A DNA stretch of 64,000 bases, taken from Eledone cirrhosa. Taxonomy: Eukaryota. Each line of letters begins with the position of its first letter. Position 1 is the first letter of the stretch. Shown piece by piece: positions 30,694 to 45,271 of this stretch. The notes beneath the pieces are model-generated. The model was given only the letters and a program-made list of their open reading frames with translations, did not search any database and had not been told where the DNA came from. Location of the stretch: positions 50,344,001 through 50,408,000 of the forward strand of contig OZ024749.1 of the NCBI GenBank assembly GCA_964016885.1, written 5' to 3'. A program made the translations under genes and the position numbers.

Positions 30694-30830
30694 TTGTTAT
30701 ATAGGCAAACACCAGTAATTTGTGGGGAGGGCAAAGTCGATAAAATTTATCCCAGTACATTACTGGTACTTTATTCTATCGACTCCGTAAGGATGAAAGG
30801 CAAAGTTGACCTCGGTGCCAATTCACCGCC
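30694..30830 (-). mobile_element. Meta-domain SINE with internal deletion
   Basis: Core ctggtactttattctatcgac..gtaaggatgaaaggcaaagttgacctcgg is joined directly to the head tgccaattcaccgcc. Confidence 0.85.
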
Positions 30831-31872
30831 CTCATTGTTTATCATCATTGTTTATTATCATTGTTTATCGTCATTGTTTATCGTCAGAAATTGTTTAGCT
30901 CATATTTTTCATCTCCTGAATTTCAATAGAATTTGATTTGTTACGTATAACTGGCAGCACATATAAAATATATATATTACCCCCATCCATTGAAATAAGT
31001 AGAGTATCATATGCACATGTAAAGTTAGAATTTACCTGTCTACCTTCAGAATAGTGGCTCATCTAACCAACGTCATATGGAAGTTTCACATGGCATGAAA
31101 TCAGTTTGTCACAGATTTAACACGAATTTGCTTCTTATATTCATGGAGCAATGTGAAATAATGTACATAAATAAAGCATATCACCTGGTCTTAGATCGAA
31201 CCCTCAGGCTATTGATTGGAGGACTAACACTTATGGTAAGATGCTAACGCATCATCATGAAAATGTATCTGATTTTATAGAGTTTTAACGATGCATCAAT
31301 CACCTATGTATTACTGGTAATAATTTGGAAACAAACAGCCCCATAACTAAAGGAAGTACCAGTTACGCCCGTCTGCTATTCATTCCAGGTATTCGTCGAA
31401 TGGGGCTATCTTAACCTGTTAAAGAAATAAAATAGCGAGTTAAAATTACGTATGGTCTCTTTAATTTAACGCAGAGTATCTCTTCATGATGTTGAATGAA
31501 ATAAAATATTCCTCCCCGGCGGAATTTTAATGGGAGTTGTATACAATTCATGAAAACATTTCGGAAGATCTTCTACAGCTTCTGCCTTTTCACAAACCAC
31601 ATCATTCTTATTATCGTAAATAACTGCATTATAATATTGAATAGAAAGATTATAGACAGATGAATGGACTCTATACAATATATAGATAGATTATAGTATT
31701 ACTAACGATAATTGAAGTTTCAATGTACTTTTCTTATTTAGTGATATTGTCTTCACGATATTAACATGTTAATATACCGATTTATGTACGTTTACAAGCT
31801 TCAAAATTGTTATCATGTAACTTGAAATCACTGCCGTTTTAATGGTAATTATAAGGAATTGAATAGATCAGT

Positions 31873-31936
<64 letters not shown>

Positions 31937-32382
31937 TCACAAAGGCACAATAACGCCTACTAGAAATGTTTATATCAATATTGGTTTGCTATCTGTTTAT
32001 AATTTTAGCAATTTAAAATAACGTTAGAAAGTAAAGCAGCACGAGGAAGAATTAATGCGTGATGTGTTAAAGAAAGCCACTCAAGTTTCCAGTAACTTTT
32101 ATTTGATGATACATCTCCTACATTATCTCAATACAGGATCTATTTTTCTGTTTTGTATTTCATTCATAAAGCATTATATCTTCCATTATAATGACCACTT
32201 AGTTATTTGTGGAATAATTTTAATTATATATTTGACATCGTTTAAGTCTCTCTTGTCGTTGATACCATATTTAAAATTGGCTCATCTCTTTTCTAAATCC
32301 AACTTACGTGTCTCATTCGTATTTCCTCATGTAAAATTCCGACCCCCCTCTCATTCCCCATCAATCTATATATTTATCATTA

Positions 32383-32558
32383 TGGTAGTATCGGTAGAGG
32401 GTTGGACACCATGCTTTGCAGCAAAGAGTAACGGCCCTCTATGGTCTGAGTTCAAATGCCGCCGAGGTTAACTTTGCTTTTCATCGTTATGGGGTCGATA
32501 AAATAAAGTACCAGTAATACACTGGGATATTTGCTGGCCTTGTCCCCAAAGTAGAAAC

Positions 32559-32563
<5 letters not shown>
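32383..32563 (+). mobile_element. Meta-domain SINE
   Basis: Full family sequence. Confidence 0.9.
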
Positions 32564-32611
<48 letters not shown>

Positions 32612-32761
32612 TATATAGTTCAATGGAACAGAAAAACAGATACAAATAGTCATATATATATATATATATATATAGTAAAAATAATAAAAACTGTCAAGAC
32701 TAAAATCCGAAGAAGGCTCGATAACGATAATATATATAAAAATATATAAAACCATAGAGCA

Positions 32762-32871
32762 AATATTTATTAAATTAAACAGATTAAAGTTTAAGCAAAC
32801 TTTCAGAAGATCCTGTTAAGGGTAAAGCAGCGATTATTTGCTTAAACTTTAATCCGTTATTTTAATAAATA
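32762..32871. mobile_element. Inverted-repeat PLE-like fragment (family B end)
   Basis: Arms 32762-32799 and 32837-32871; 32801-32871 is the reverse complement of 14398-14464. Confidence 0.65.
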
Positions 32872-32881
32872 AATATATATT

Positions 32882-32936
32882 TGAAATAAGTCAGTAAACA
32901 CAGATAGAAATATAAATATATATAATAGATAAAAAG

Positions 32937-33011
<75 letters not shown>

Positions 33012-33070
33012 TTTCTTTTTATCTATTATATATATTTATATTTCTATCATTTGTTTACTGACTTATTTCA
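32882..33070. repeat. About 190-bp palindrome centred on (TA)n
   Basis: tgaaataagtcagtaaaca...aaaaagaaat, then (TA)n, then atttcttttt...tgtttactgacttatttca. Confidence 0.85.
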
Positions 33071-33252
33071 GAGTGAGGCGATACAAGGACATAAGCTTAA
33101 AGTGTATTAGACGATCACGTTAACCCCACAAGTTATAATTTTGTACCTCCTCTTCCAACCCTCTAGGGTGAAGTATATAAAGTGACAAAGACAAACACAC
33201 TGCCCTCTTTTCACACCCACTCTTTCATTCTTTCTCAGTCTCTCTAAGTAAT

Positions 33253-33377
33253 ACATATATATATGTACATATATATATGTATGTATGTATATGTATATAT
33301 ATATATATGTATGTATGTATATGTATATATATATATATGTATGTATGTATATATATATATATGTATGTATGTATATG

Positions 33378-33408
<31 letters not shown>

Positions 33409-33531
33409 ATGTATATATATATATATGTATGTATGTATATGTATATATATATATATGTATGTATGTATATGTATATATATATATATGTATGTATGTATAT
33501 GTATATATATATATATGTATGTATGTATATG

Positions 33532-33562
<31 letters not shown>

Positions 33563-33749
33563 ATGTATATATATATATATATGTATGTATGTATATGTAT
33601 ATATATATATATGTATGTATGTATATGTATATATATATATATGTATGTATGTATATGTATATATATATATATGTATGTATGTATATGTATATATATATAT
33701 ATATGTATGTATGTATATGTATATATATATATATGTATGTATGTATATG

Positions 33750-33780
<31 letters not shown>

Positions 33781-34053
33781 ATGTATATATATATATATAT
33801 ATGTATGTATATGTATATATATATATATGTATGTATGTATATGTATATATATATATATGTATGTATGTATATGTATATATATATATATGTATGTATATGT
33901 ATATATATATGTATGTATATGTATATATATATATATGTATGTATGTATATGTATATATATATATATATATGTATGTGTATGTACGTATATGTATATATAT
34001 GTATGTATGTGTATGTACGTATATGTATATATATGTATGTATGTATATGTATG

Positions 34054-34092
<39 letters not shown>

Positions 34093-34096
34093 ATAT

Positions 34097-34144
<48 letters not shown>

Positions 34145-34202
34145 GTGTGTGTGTGTATATATACATATGTATATATATATGTATACGTATATATATATAT
34201 GC

Positions 34203-34248
<46 letters not shown>

Positions 34249-34322
34249 ATACGTATGTATATGTATATATATATGCATATGTATATGTATATATATGCAT
34301 ATGTATATATATATATATATAT
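33253..34322. repeat. (TA)/(TATG) satellite with an approximately 30-bp higher-order unit
   Basis: Repeated atatatgtatgtatgtatatgtatatatat. Confidence 0.95.
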
Positions 34323-34811
34323 GGTGGGGGGGTCTGTGCTGTTTGCGCGTGTGTGTGTGTGTATGTGTGTATTTGTGCATTTTTCGATAAATATCACTAT
34401 CAAATTTCCGTCAGATCAATTTAATATGATAAACCAATTACGACATCGTTTACATTAGACTTGAAATAGCTTCATTAAGCTATCAGTTTTTTATAGATGT
34501 TTTTCAAAGAAGTAAATTTCATATCTCATACTATTAATCATAATGATATTGTATCAGTTCATATATTATTTTTTAAAATGGCATTTATACAACTTCAGCA
34601 ATTCTGTCCGTATGTCTGTGTATATGTGTTATTTTTATCATCACCATCATCCTTATCAATATCATTAGTAGCAGAAGCATTACATTGAAAGAGCCGTTAG
34701 ATTGACCTTATCATCCCTTTTTGTTTAATACAAAACATACTAACCCCTCTTCTTTCATTTCTTGCTTTGTGTTTCTGTTAGAAACATTTATTATTAATTT
34801 GTCTCCTAATT

Positions 34812-35455
34812 GCAGCAGATTGGCAGTATCTGTACAGCGTCGGATAAGTTGCTTCACCGCATAGAGTTACGGCCCTTTATGATCTGAGTTCAAATCCCAC
34901 CGGGGTTAACTTTGCCTTTCATCCTTACGGGGTCGATAAAATAAAGTAACAGTCACGCACTGGGGTCAATTTAATCGTCTTTCCCCTCCCTCCGAAATTG
35001 GTGGCCTTGTGCCAATATATGAAACCTTTAATTTGTCTCCTAAGGGCAGCAGATAGGCAGTATCTGTAGAGCGTCCGACAATATGCTTCGCGGCATAGAG
35101 TTAAGGGCCTTCACGTTCTGTGTTCAAATCCCGCTGAGGTTAGATTTGCTTTTCATCTTTACTGGGTCGATAAAATAAAGTCAATTTAATCGACTGCCCT
35201 CCCCCCCCCCTTCAAATTGCTGGCCTTGTGCCTAAAGTAGAAATAATTAATTTGTTTCTTAGGCGTTATTGTCCCTTTATCTTATCGACGCCGAATTGTT
35301 GAAAAGCAACGCTAACCACGGCGGGATAAGAATTTAGTTAGGGTCTTTGGCGTTCTGAGTTGAACCCCACTCCCCCGAAGTTAGCTTTGCCTGTTCGATA
35401 ATATAAAGTCAATTTAAACGACGTTTCTCTCCCCATTTCAAATTGTGCCTAAATC
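34812..35455 (+). mobile_element. Cluster of Meta-domain SINEs (34812-35030, 35046-35250, plus decayed fragments to 35455)
   Basis: Family head, core and tail; ttaatttgt.tc.ta repeated at 34794, 35028 and 35247. Confidence 0.85.
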
Positions 35456-35700
35456 ATTATGTAAACCAATAAATGACTAAGTTGAGATAAATTAAGTCGC
35501 AATAACATAGGTAGAATCAAATTTAGTGTCCATCAATAAATATATAAAATGATTAGATGAGGTAGCAGTACCTCTTCAGCAGGTGGCAACATTATTAGTA
35601 GATGTAATTAACATCATTTTTAAATAGTTCGATGATTCATTTAGATTTAATGAAACGCCAACGCATCTAATTGTTGCTAGCGATTACAAAATACATATAC

Positions 35701-35741
<41 letters not shown>

Positions 35742-36730
35742 AGGGGGAGAGAGAGATAAACATGTCTTGCTTTTTTAGAGACCCTTTGATGAAAAACTAC
35801 AAGAATATATATATATATATCATAACCAGAGACATAGTTATTTTGTTAATCTATCAGCGATTAACAGCAATTAGTTGTCATAATGTCGATATGAATATAC
35901 ATATGTTATAAACATTGCGGCAATTAATATACAGGAATAAAAAAAATCACATAATCAGTATCATTAATTTGAAGTTTGCAACTCTTATATATATTTTTTA
36001 ACTATATTCCAAACTTTAATCTATATTTAAAGTAAACTTAAATATGTGTAATCCAAATATTTACCATTTTCCTTGTACTACTTGAACTTTCTTACAATCA
36101 ATCAATACTGATATACGACACCGACACAGACTGAAGATTAATATTAACCGTCTATATGACCGCGTTTGAAGTATTATTTACTATCGATTTACAAAGAGAA
36201 AGATTGCATTAAGATCATACATACTAGGATTGTTTTATAATTATAATCGTGTAGCGTATTTCTTAGTAATTTTGATCAATAACATATTTTAATTATTTCA
36301 TGATTTTGAAGAAACAAATATATACTTTTATACTTAATTACCAAATTATATTGGAAATGAACGTTGTTGGATAAAAGAGACGAATATCAAATGTATGACT
36401 AAATAAATAAGTCGTGTAGTAAAATAACAGTTAAAATGAGAAGACAAACACGGCGTTTATGTTACTTCAAAGTTAAGTAAAAGTTTAAAAAGTAAATATA
36501 CATAACTTATACTTATAACACGCATACTCCCACACACATACATGCGCACACACACACACACATATATATATATAAGTAAGATGTATGGTAGGTCGTATGT
36601 GAATCGCGATGATCACGTCTGACCTACCAAATATGTGACGGTAGCTAGTTAAGCTCTATGCGTATACGCAGAGCAGAAATATTAGTGAAAAAGAACAAAT
36701 GAACTATTATGACATTATAACAAGTTTATT

Positions 36731-36775
36731 GCCGACAGCCGTTTCGTCCGACCACATGGTGGGACTTTTCAAGGC
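36731..36775 (-). ncRNA. Minimal type I hammerhead-like motif (variant UUGAAAA core)
   Basis: Minus strand gcc-TTGAAAA-gtcc(cacc atgt ggtc)ggac-GAAA-cggctg-TC-ggc; stems I and II pair. Confidence 0.55.
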
Positions 36776-37224
36776 ATATAACATGTGATCATTATTTACA
36801 TCAACGTATCACTCAAGGCTAGCAGTTTGAAATTGTGGTATACATCAGCAACTCCGCTTGTATAGTTGCTGTCTATATTCTAAGGGGGCTCTTTTATATT
36901 AGTTGTCAGGGTCAGGGATTGAAGTTTAAAAATTAGATAATATATAATTTACGCATTAACAGTAAACTAAAAGACTTGGGGTCCCGTAGAAGCACCTTAG
37001 AAAATCCCTCAATAAGTGCATAAAGCTTACAGGCTCCAATAAACCTACTAGACTAGAAGAAATTAAGAGGCTAATAAAATAAAAAATAAAAATATAAAGT
37101 TTCCCTAAAAAATATATAAAGTTTCCTATGAAATTCCTTCTAGAGAAAAAATTTTTTTTTCTGAAAGAAAAATACCTTCTTCCCCCGAGATCACGTTTAC
37201 AATTCGTAAGTTTTATTATATATA

Positions 37225-37343
37225 TATAATGTAAACAGAAATAACAAAAACAATGCAGTATATGGAAGGATTATATTAGTTTAACGTTTGAAATAGCAGG
37301 ATGAGGGTTTTAACGTTTCGGACACTATTTCTTCATCAGAAGA
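37225..37343 (-). mobile_element. PLE pLTR fragment with HHR-like motif (family E)
   Basis: Minus strand CTGATGAAG...TCCGAAACGTTAA followed by about 70 bp homologous to 45301-45380. Confidence 0.65.
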
Positions 37344-40300
37344 ATCTATGAGAAATTAGAAAGATTGAGGAGACGGGCAGGCGGAATCGGAAAAATATTT
37401 TTAGTGAAAAATAACAGGTTCATTCATATGGTTTATTTGAGGATCGTCAATATTGTCAATAGACAGAAGCAGACAGACCGGGAAAAGGATAGAAAAAAGC
37501 AAAGAAACAGATGTCTATGATAATTTAAAACATTAATAATAGTAACGTATAAACCGGTCCCTAACTGGTTAGTAATGCTCATTAAGTCACTTTATTTAAC
37601 AAGGTACCTATACCATATATGTATTGATTAGAAAGACATAATTACTAATATGTCGATCCTGCAATACATAAATATTTAGCTTTCTAGGAAAGATATATAT
37701 ATCAGTTATAGATGTTATATAACTAGATTTAGTGTATATGCTTATAGCAGTTTTGTGACACTGTATATCAGCATGCCTAAACTATTCATAATTTTGTGGT
37801 TCTTTACTACACTTCATTTAAATTTATCGTTCTAAAATATTTGACACATGAATTAACTATCGTTGATAAAGTATATGATTCCAGTGATCATTATACACCA
37901 CGTATAAACTGCCAGTTTAAGTGTATCATTATTTCAATATGGAATACAAATTGTCTGTATAAGTATTTCTGAAGTGACAGCTGGTTTAGAGTTAATACGT
38001 TGTGAATTATGTCAAATAGATATAAATTCTATCCTCTAATATATCAGCCGTTGATACCATTACTGCTACTGAAATTCGGCACAGCATAACATTCACAACA
38101 TGTTTATTAGGAAATGATTCGTAAAAATACGTCTGCCTATCCTTATTATATTTCATATTACATAATCGATTCACTCAGGAACATAGCGCTTGAATCACTT
38201 CAGTTGAAATACTAGAACCTCATTGCTATTCATATGAACGTTTTCTAATTCAGTTAGTCTTTATAGGTCTTCTGTTGGGTATCGTTGCATTTGTTGTTTC
38301 TATTTTACTTGCCACTGACCATAGCTGAATGAACCGACGATAGGGCCTCTATACATCAAATATCATACAGACACCTCCTAGAAAGCTCTACCAATAATAA
38401 AGAATAGGCGTTCAATTATGTCTTCCTGGTTGTACAATAGCCGAGAGAAAATTTATATTAGGGCAGGGGCTGGAAAACCTCTGATTCATAAGTCAGTGAC
38501 ATCAAGGCTGAAAGACTTAAAATCAATACTGTACTACCTTTGCACGGTGAACATATTTCTCCTTTGGAATTCTGGAATCGTTTTCCCCTCCCCATGAGTT
38601 ATACTTTGTGATGAGATATGTTCTATTACATAATACATGATCAAACAGGCCTTGTGACACAATTATGTTATTTGAAACTGTTAATACCGTCGTAAATTGA
38701 ACACAATGATACCATTCTTCCAGATGCTTCATACACGGCTTTTACTAAAATAGAATACTGATAGGTTGTATATATACACAGCTAATACAATAGCCGATGA
38801 GAATATCTTTCTACATTTAAAATGTATATCACTATTTAGTCTTGCAATATATCTCCACCCAATCTAACCTTTAAAAATCTCTCTCTCCCTCCCTGCTTCT
38901 CTCTCTCTCTCTCACCGTCTTTGTAATTGAAATAGGTAAAAACATAAAAAAACATTATTACTTCAGGCAATTCAATCAAATATGATCATCTATATTGATT
39001 GAATGATTATAGAAATGAAATAATTTCACAAATTCGCCTCACGAGATTAGGACTAACTATTCTTTAATATATTTCAGACATAGTGAATTCATAATAGAAA
39101 AAGACTATACGATTCAGGTTTTAATATATGATAGAAATATTCAGAGAATTATGTTTTATTTTATATATATGCGATCAACGCATTTGACAGAGTATTTACT
39201 TAAATAGCAACCTTACTTTGCAATATGTTATGATATGATGTAATCAATGCAGTAAAATATATTGTTTTCCTTTCTATCAGCAACGAAAAGGTTTTAATAT
39301 ACAAGACTTATTTGAATACTAAATTCAGAAATGACATTGCGTTTGAAGTATTCAATGGGAAATTGAAGTATTCAATAGGTGTCAGTATTTATGTTATAGA
39401 TAATTGCGTTAAATTTTTATACAATATTTGTTTGCCACACGATCCTATCTTCATGAATTGAATTCACTTCAGTGTGTTGTTTCATTAAGAAAGTCACTGC
39501 ATTTCTTATTCCTTCAGTCAACACAACTGGAAAGAAATCACCTGTGATTGTAGTTCAAACGCCAGCCTTGTTTCATTCTCTACCTTCACAACATTTTAAT
39601 AAGAACTGCATTAACAGTGCATGGGTCTTTTATAATTCTCAGCCGCTTCCTGACTGATTTCATGAGAAGTGTGTACCGTTGTAAACGACGGGGGCCCACT
39701 AAAGTTATTAAAACAAACAAAAAACGAATTATGTACCTGCACACCCCATGATTAAATATTTGTAATTCGAAGAGCTTCGCTAAAAAAGAGGAAAATGTCA
39801 AAATAACATTAGTTAAAATATGCCACCAATAAATTTAAAATAATTGCATACATTTAACACAGTACACTCGACTATCCGGTTTCCGCGAGACAGTAAGACG
39901 ATAAAGTGCTATATAATTATAATTATATTAGAATTTTAGATAAATGGATATGATGAGCTTCATAATTACGATGATCCAGCACCTTATTAAACATTTTCAT
40001 ACGAACTTCCGCTAAACGTCATTAAAGAATTTTAATTAATATATCTTTTTTCCGGCGGGAATAATTAATGAAAAACAGATACGTGGATGGGTTTTTAAAA
40101 ATGGGAATTATCAAATATAATTTCGAGTTGAAAATTCATGATCTAAAGATATTTCTAATTTGAAACACTAATTGAATTATGTAAGAAATATTGAATAACT
40201 TTGGTGGATTTCATAAAAAAGGCGAAAATATAGAATGATATAGATTTGAAATACTTAAATTTCCGCGGGGAATAGAAAACTTTGATTGTTATATCATGTC

Positions 40301-42633
40301 TTTTTTATCATTACTACGTGATTATGTTTGTCAATTCCTGTCAAAAGTAAAACGTGAAAGAGGTTGTTATAGTACATTTGTAGATGTATATCGTCAGCAT
40401 TGCTTGCCTACTAGGAGAAACGTAACTAAGCAGAAACCTTAGTTTCCGCGGAACGCCCTGTGGGAACCACTGGTATATATAAGCTAAACTTCATATACGC
40501 AACCTATCTGTGGTTTTAATTGAAGGGAATGATTTTCTTTTATATTTTTGCATGTAGGGTCACCCATAGAGAATGTTCACATGTTCTATTTATTTCAGGC
40601 TTCCTCTCAGGCTAAATAAAACAAATAGCTGCATTCTATGGAAGGAGGTAAATATTATTTAACACCTAAAATATATTTCAAGACAGATTTGATTAGTATT
40701 TTAAAGTAACATTTGATGATTTATAATACCCAGCCCAAGTGCAGGAGTGATACAATTTCCTGAATCATAATATACATCAATTAGATAAGTGAATCTTACG
40801 CGCTTTACTCATGAAAATTAATGAATGATATTATTCCAAGAGAATATATTTGTAATTAAGATAACCGTATATCATTTTGAAATTTAAATGAAAACGTCAA
40901 GAATGATTAAGAGAAAAAAATGTAATTTATATTTAAATTCAATAACGTAACTCGCCCAATATTTATATTCCAGGAATCTTTAATGAAAGCAATTATTTGT
41001 AACAAAATATCTAATAACACTGGCCATCTAGGCTTACCTTTTATTAAGCCAAATGAGACACGCCAGTCACGAACTTTGTACCATTGTGCGAGTATTCTAT
41101 TGAGATTGATGCGACAAATTTTCATTATCCAAATACATTTCTTTCCTCATATAAATATAGACTGAGATGGAACAATCCAGCGAGAGAGAATTTGTAGAGG
41201 TTCGTGGATGGTTACTAAGATCTCCTTTCGTTTCTGCTTTACTTGTCAGTAACTTTAGCTGAATGAGCCCGCGATAGGGTCTCTATATATCACATATCAT
41301 ACAAACCCCTATTATAAAACTATTCCAATAAAAGAAAATAAACATTTAATTCTGTCTTTCTGGAAGTATAATAATCGAGAAAAATGTTGTAATGATCAGA
41401 GCTGGACAACCAAATATCAGTCGCTCTCCAACAAGCTTGCGGTCGAGCCCGTAGCAACAGTGATGCTATACTAGCAATGAGTGTTACGGTAACATGAATT
41501 GTGATTTTCTGGTTTGTCCTACGAGATCTACGTATACATGGATACATAGAAGAGAGGTTCTCTGTCATATTAGCAAGTCTCACAACTGTCTCACAACGGT
41601 CACGTCTGTTTAATGTAAGTATATTCTATGAAGGCCTTTCTACAGTTTTCAGGTACCGAAGATTTGTAGTCATCAGTATAACCTCATATGTCTTTTTAAC
41701 ATAAGAATATATTTTTCGAGTTTTCTCAATAATTTCTATGAATGCTCTTATAGAAATACCTTTAGAAATCATATATCGAGAAATGTATTGAATTTATTCT
41801 TTGAATCCCTCTCCACTGATTCTAACGCTTCTAATAATTACAGGGAATATTTTTTCAGTTATTGAACGACGTGACACTTTCCTGACACACCAATGTATAA
41901 ATTCCGCTCAAGACCTTTATTTAACAGTAAACTATGTCCCATTTATTAAGAAAAAAAACTTGTGATTTTTGCGTAAGGCAGAATATCAAAAAGACGTTTC
42001 AATTGAGAAGTGTCAACGGGATTATTAATGCAGTAGGCCGCTAATGCTGATATGTAATCATACTTTCCATATGGGAAATGTAATAGAATTTCCTTCTACA
42101 TAGGCTATGAACATTTCAGCGAGGTCAATAGAGCTAATCATGTCGGAGTAAGGTATTTATAGCGTTGAGATATGTAAATAATTTCTCCATGCTTTAAGCG
42201 CCCTTGAAATTGAAAGATGAAAAAAACAACTTCGGGTTGCGTTTTGTGATTAGATGCGTTTCGTCAGATGTATGAACAGCATAGAATAATGACACAGGAA
42301 CTCTGATGTACGATGATGAATAACTTTAAAAGGGAAATTCACAAAGGATTCCAACTCCATCGAAATTATCCTCCCTTTACTATACAGAATTGATTTCTTG
42401 GTATAAAGGTCATATTTAATATAAAAAGATGAGAAATGTCTTAGAAGATTTGGCATTCTGAAATCTGCCACAGCCAGATTTGAATTCATAATTGACTCAA
42501 CTTCACATTCGTATGGGCACTAATGACATACCGATGTGTAACGATCGTTTTCATATATATATATATATATAATATATATATATTTTTATATGAGGGGGTA
42601 TGTTTATATGTCTGTGTGTGTTTATATTTTCTC

Positions 42634-42770
42634 GGGAGCTGAATTGGCAGAGTCGTTAGGATGTCGAATAAAATGCTTTGAGATAATCGTTCCGGCTGTC
42701 TGCGCTCTGAGTTAAAAAAAAAGTCAACTCTGCATTTCAACATTTCAAGGTCAATAATAAATGTACCAGC
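42634..42770 (+). mobile_element. Older Meta-domain SINE, decayed
   Basis: tgaattggcagagtcgttag head and degenerate aggtcaataa..gtaccag core. Confidence 0.65.
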
Positions 42771-44855
42771 CTATTCAGTTCGTTTCCTCATTTATATTGC
42801 TTTCTCATTCCTCTCTCTCTATCTTCCCCCTCTCTATCTATCTGTCTGTCTTAGTCAAAGGGTGGGCTTCACCAGGTTTAATACTTAAAAATACCTGAGG
42901 CAGATCCGACAAATCTAACACGTTTCACAGGATACATACTTTCTTGCCATCTGAATTAATAATTATTGATAAAGTTAATGGAAATGATTTTTCACCAAAA
43001 TTTCATGGATTAATTATTTAAGTGTACTGCTTTTTTAGTTTTTCTCTAGAATATTCTTAAACATATAATATTTGCTATATAATTTAGTGATTTTTAGTGT
43101 TTTATAAATTAGTGTTTTTTCTGTACTATGAGTGGTAGGTGTATACAAACAAATAATTCTACAAGGTTTCTCTTGTATAAAAAAAATTAAATATGTATGT
43201 ATACTGCCCGCTGAGCCTATGAGGATTAAGTGCAGCTTTCAATAATAATTTAATTAAATGGCACTTAGGATGAAGATATGATAGTTGAGGTCTTGTCTAG
43301 AGAATTCAATATATATCAAAGAAATATGACAATTTATAATATTCTATTCTCCAAGTGTCGATTAAATTAGAGAGTTGATAGATAATTAATTGAAATAAAA
43401 TATTATTACTCTGATAAATGTATGTGAAATATAATTTGTAAATATTTTGAACTAGGCTGAAACATAAAAGGACAAACACAAACTTTATTGAATTATGAAA
43501 GAAAATGAATACATTAAGTTGATGGTTTATTAGTTTCTTTAAATAATTAATTCAAAAGCCAATGTGTTCATAAAATATATTTTAAAAAGCTAACCTTTGA
43601 TTTCTTTGTCTTTACATAATGATAGAGCTTATAGCACTGGCGAAAATTTGAATATATATATATGAATTTACAGTTAGTTCAGATTATTTTCTACAATAGG
43701 AACTTAGCTAAAGATTCTGGATGTAACCTAAAATTCTACATCTCGTTGCAATAAATCTAATCGAAACTAAATCCATTATAACTTAACTAAACACTGAATC
43801 ATTCCAAACGCCCCAATAGATTCTTTATATTTTCATATTTAATAATTATTTCTCAAATATATTTCTAGGAATCTCTAGCATCTCTGAAAACCAGGAAATA
43901 GTTATCAAGGTAAGTCATTACATTCAGAAAGCAATGTCTAGAACGTATATTATGTATTTCATGTAAAGCATATATTTTATTCCACCTCTTATCTCTTAAA
44001 TAATTCCTTCATCTATTCTGATAATGTGATCCCTTTATTCTTATTTTAAATTAATCAAAATCGTTTTTATTCTATCGTATCTCTCTTTACGCTTCATTGA
44101 TTAACTATTGCCGAAGTTATTATATATTTCCAATATATGTTATTGATCTAATTGTGTGTTGAGCTTATCATCTAACCTAATGATTCTTCATTTAATGTAT
44201 AAATTTTACTTGCTCACTTCCTACCGATTATTATATCAAATTCTTATAAAATTACCTACACACTATACCAAAATGATTCTCTGCTATTTTAAAATAGAAA
44301 ACTAACTCCATTACAAAACTCTGTTTCAGTTTAGATTCGTAGATTACAATTTCATCTAATTCACCTCGTCAGTTTAATTTAGTTTAATCTTAATTTTCAA
44401 CGCAAGACTTCTAATAATAAATACTCTGTATTACTTTGGATTTAATTAAATTATTAATAAAAGAAACACTCACCCAACCAACTTCGCATTTATTTTAATT
44501 TGTTTACAATTATTACATACATCTAATATATTTCACTTAAGATATCTATTACACTTCATCTTTCAAATATATTTTTCTTGTATAATTTAATTAGGTCCAA
44601 ATTTATATAGAAAGTCATACGTTAACCAGATTATTAATGATTTAAAATGTATATAATGTACCAGGATACAACCACGATCCTTCCATCTAACCATTAGAAA
44701 CAGACAAAATAATACTAATAAATATTCTCTAACATTTACCAACACCTATTAACGGCTTAAGCGCACCTTTCCAATATATTTTACACTTGTTCTTATCCAC
44801 TCTCCAAATTTGACGTTTACGGTTTCTTTATAGATACTATTGGTGTTACAAACTT

Positions 44856-44940
44856 AGCCATTTCGACGGCTATTTCTGGACTCCAGAAATAGCCGTCGAA
44901 ACGGCTTGAGCTCTGCCGTCGGGGTTAAACTGTTTCCTAT
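44856..44940. mobile_element. Palindromic PLE-like family A copy
   Basis: 25-bp arms centred on 44881; right side homologous to about 22554-22612; abuts (TA)n. Confidence 0.7.
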
Positions 44941-45271
44941 ATATATATACATATATATATGTATATATATATACATATATATACATATATATACATATAT
45001 ATACATATATATATATACATTTATATACATATATATATGTATATATACATATATATACATATATATACATATATATATATACATATATATATATATACAT
45101 TTATATACATATATATATGTATATACATATATATATATATATATACATTTATATACATATATATATGTATATATATATACATATATATACATATTTATAT
45201 TATTTTATTTATTTATATATATATACATATATATATTTATGTCCCCTCAATCTATCGTATTTCTCATTCGT

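Noticed and set aside
40430-40472. hAT-like terminus (ttccgcggaac...gggaaccactg); a similar hint at 21573-21650
   Set aside because: I could not locate a partner TIR or an 8-bp TSD
42950-43700. Very AT-rich tract considered as a mitochondrial insertion
   Set aside because: No recognisable mitochondrial protein, rRNA or tRNA motif
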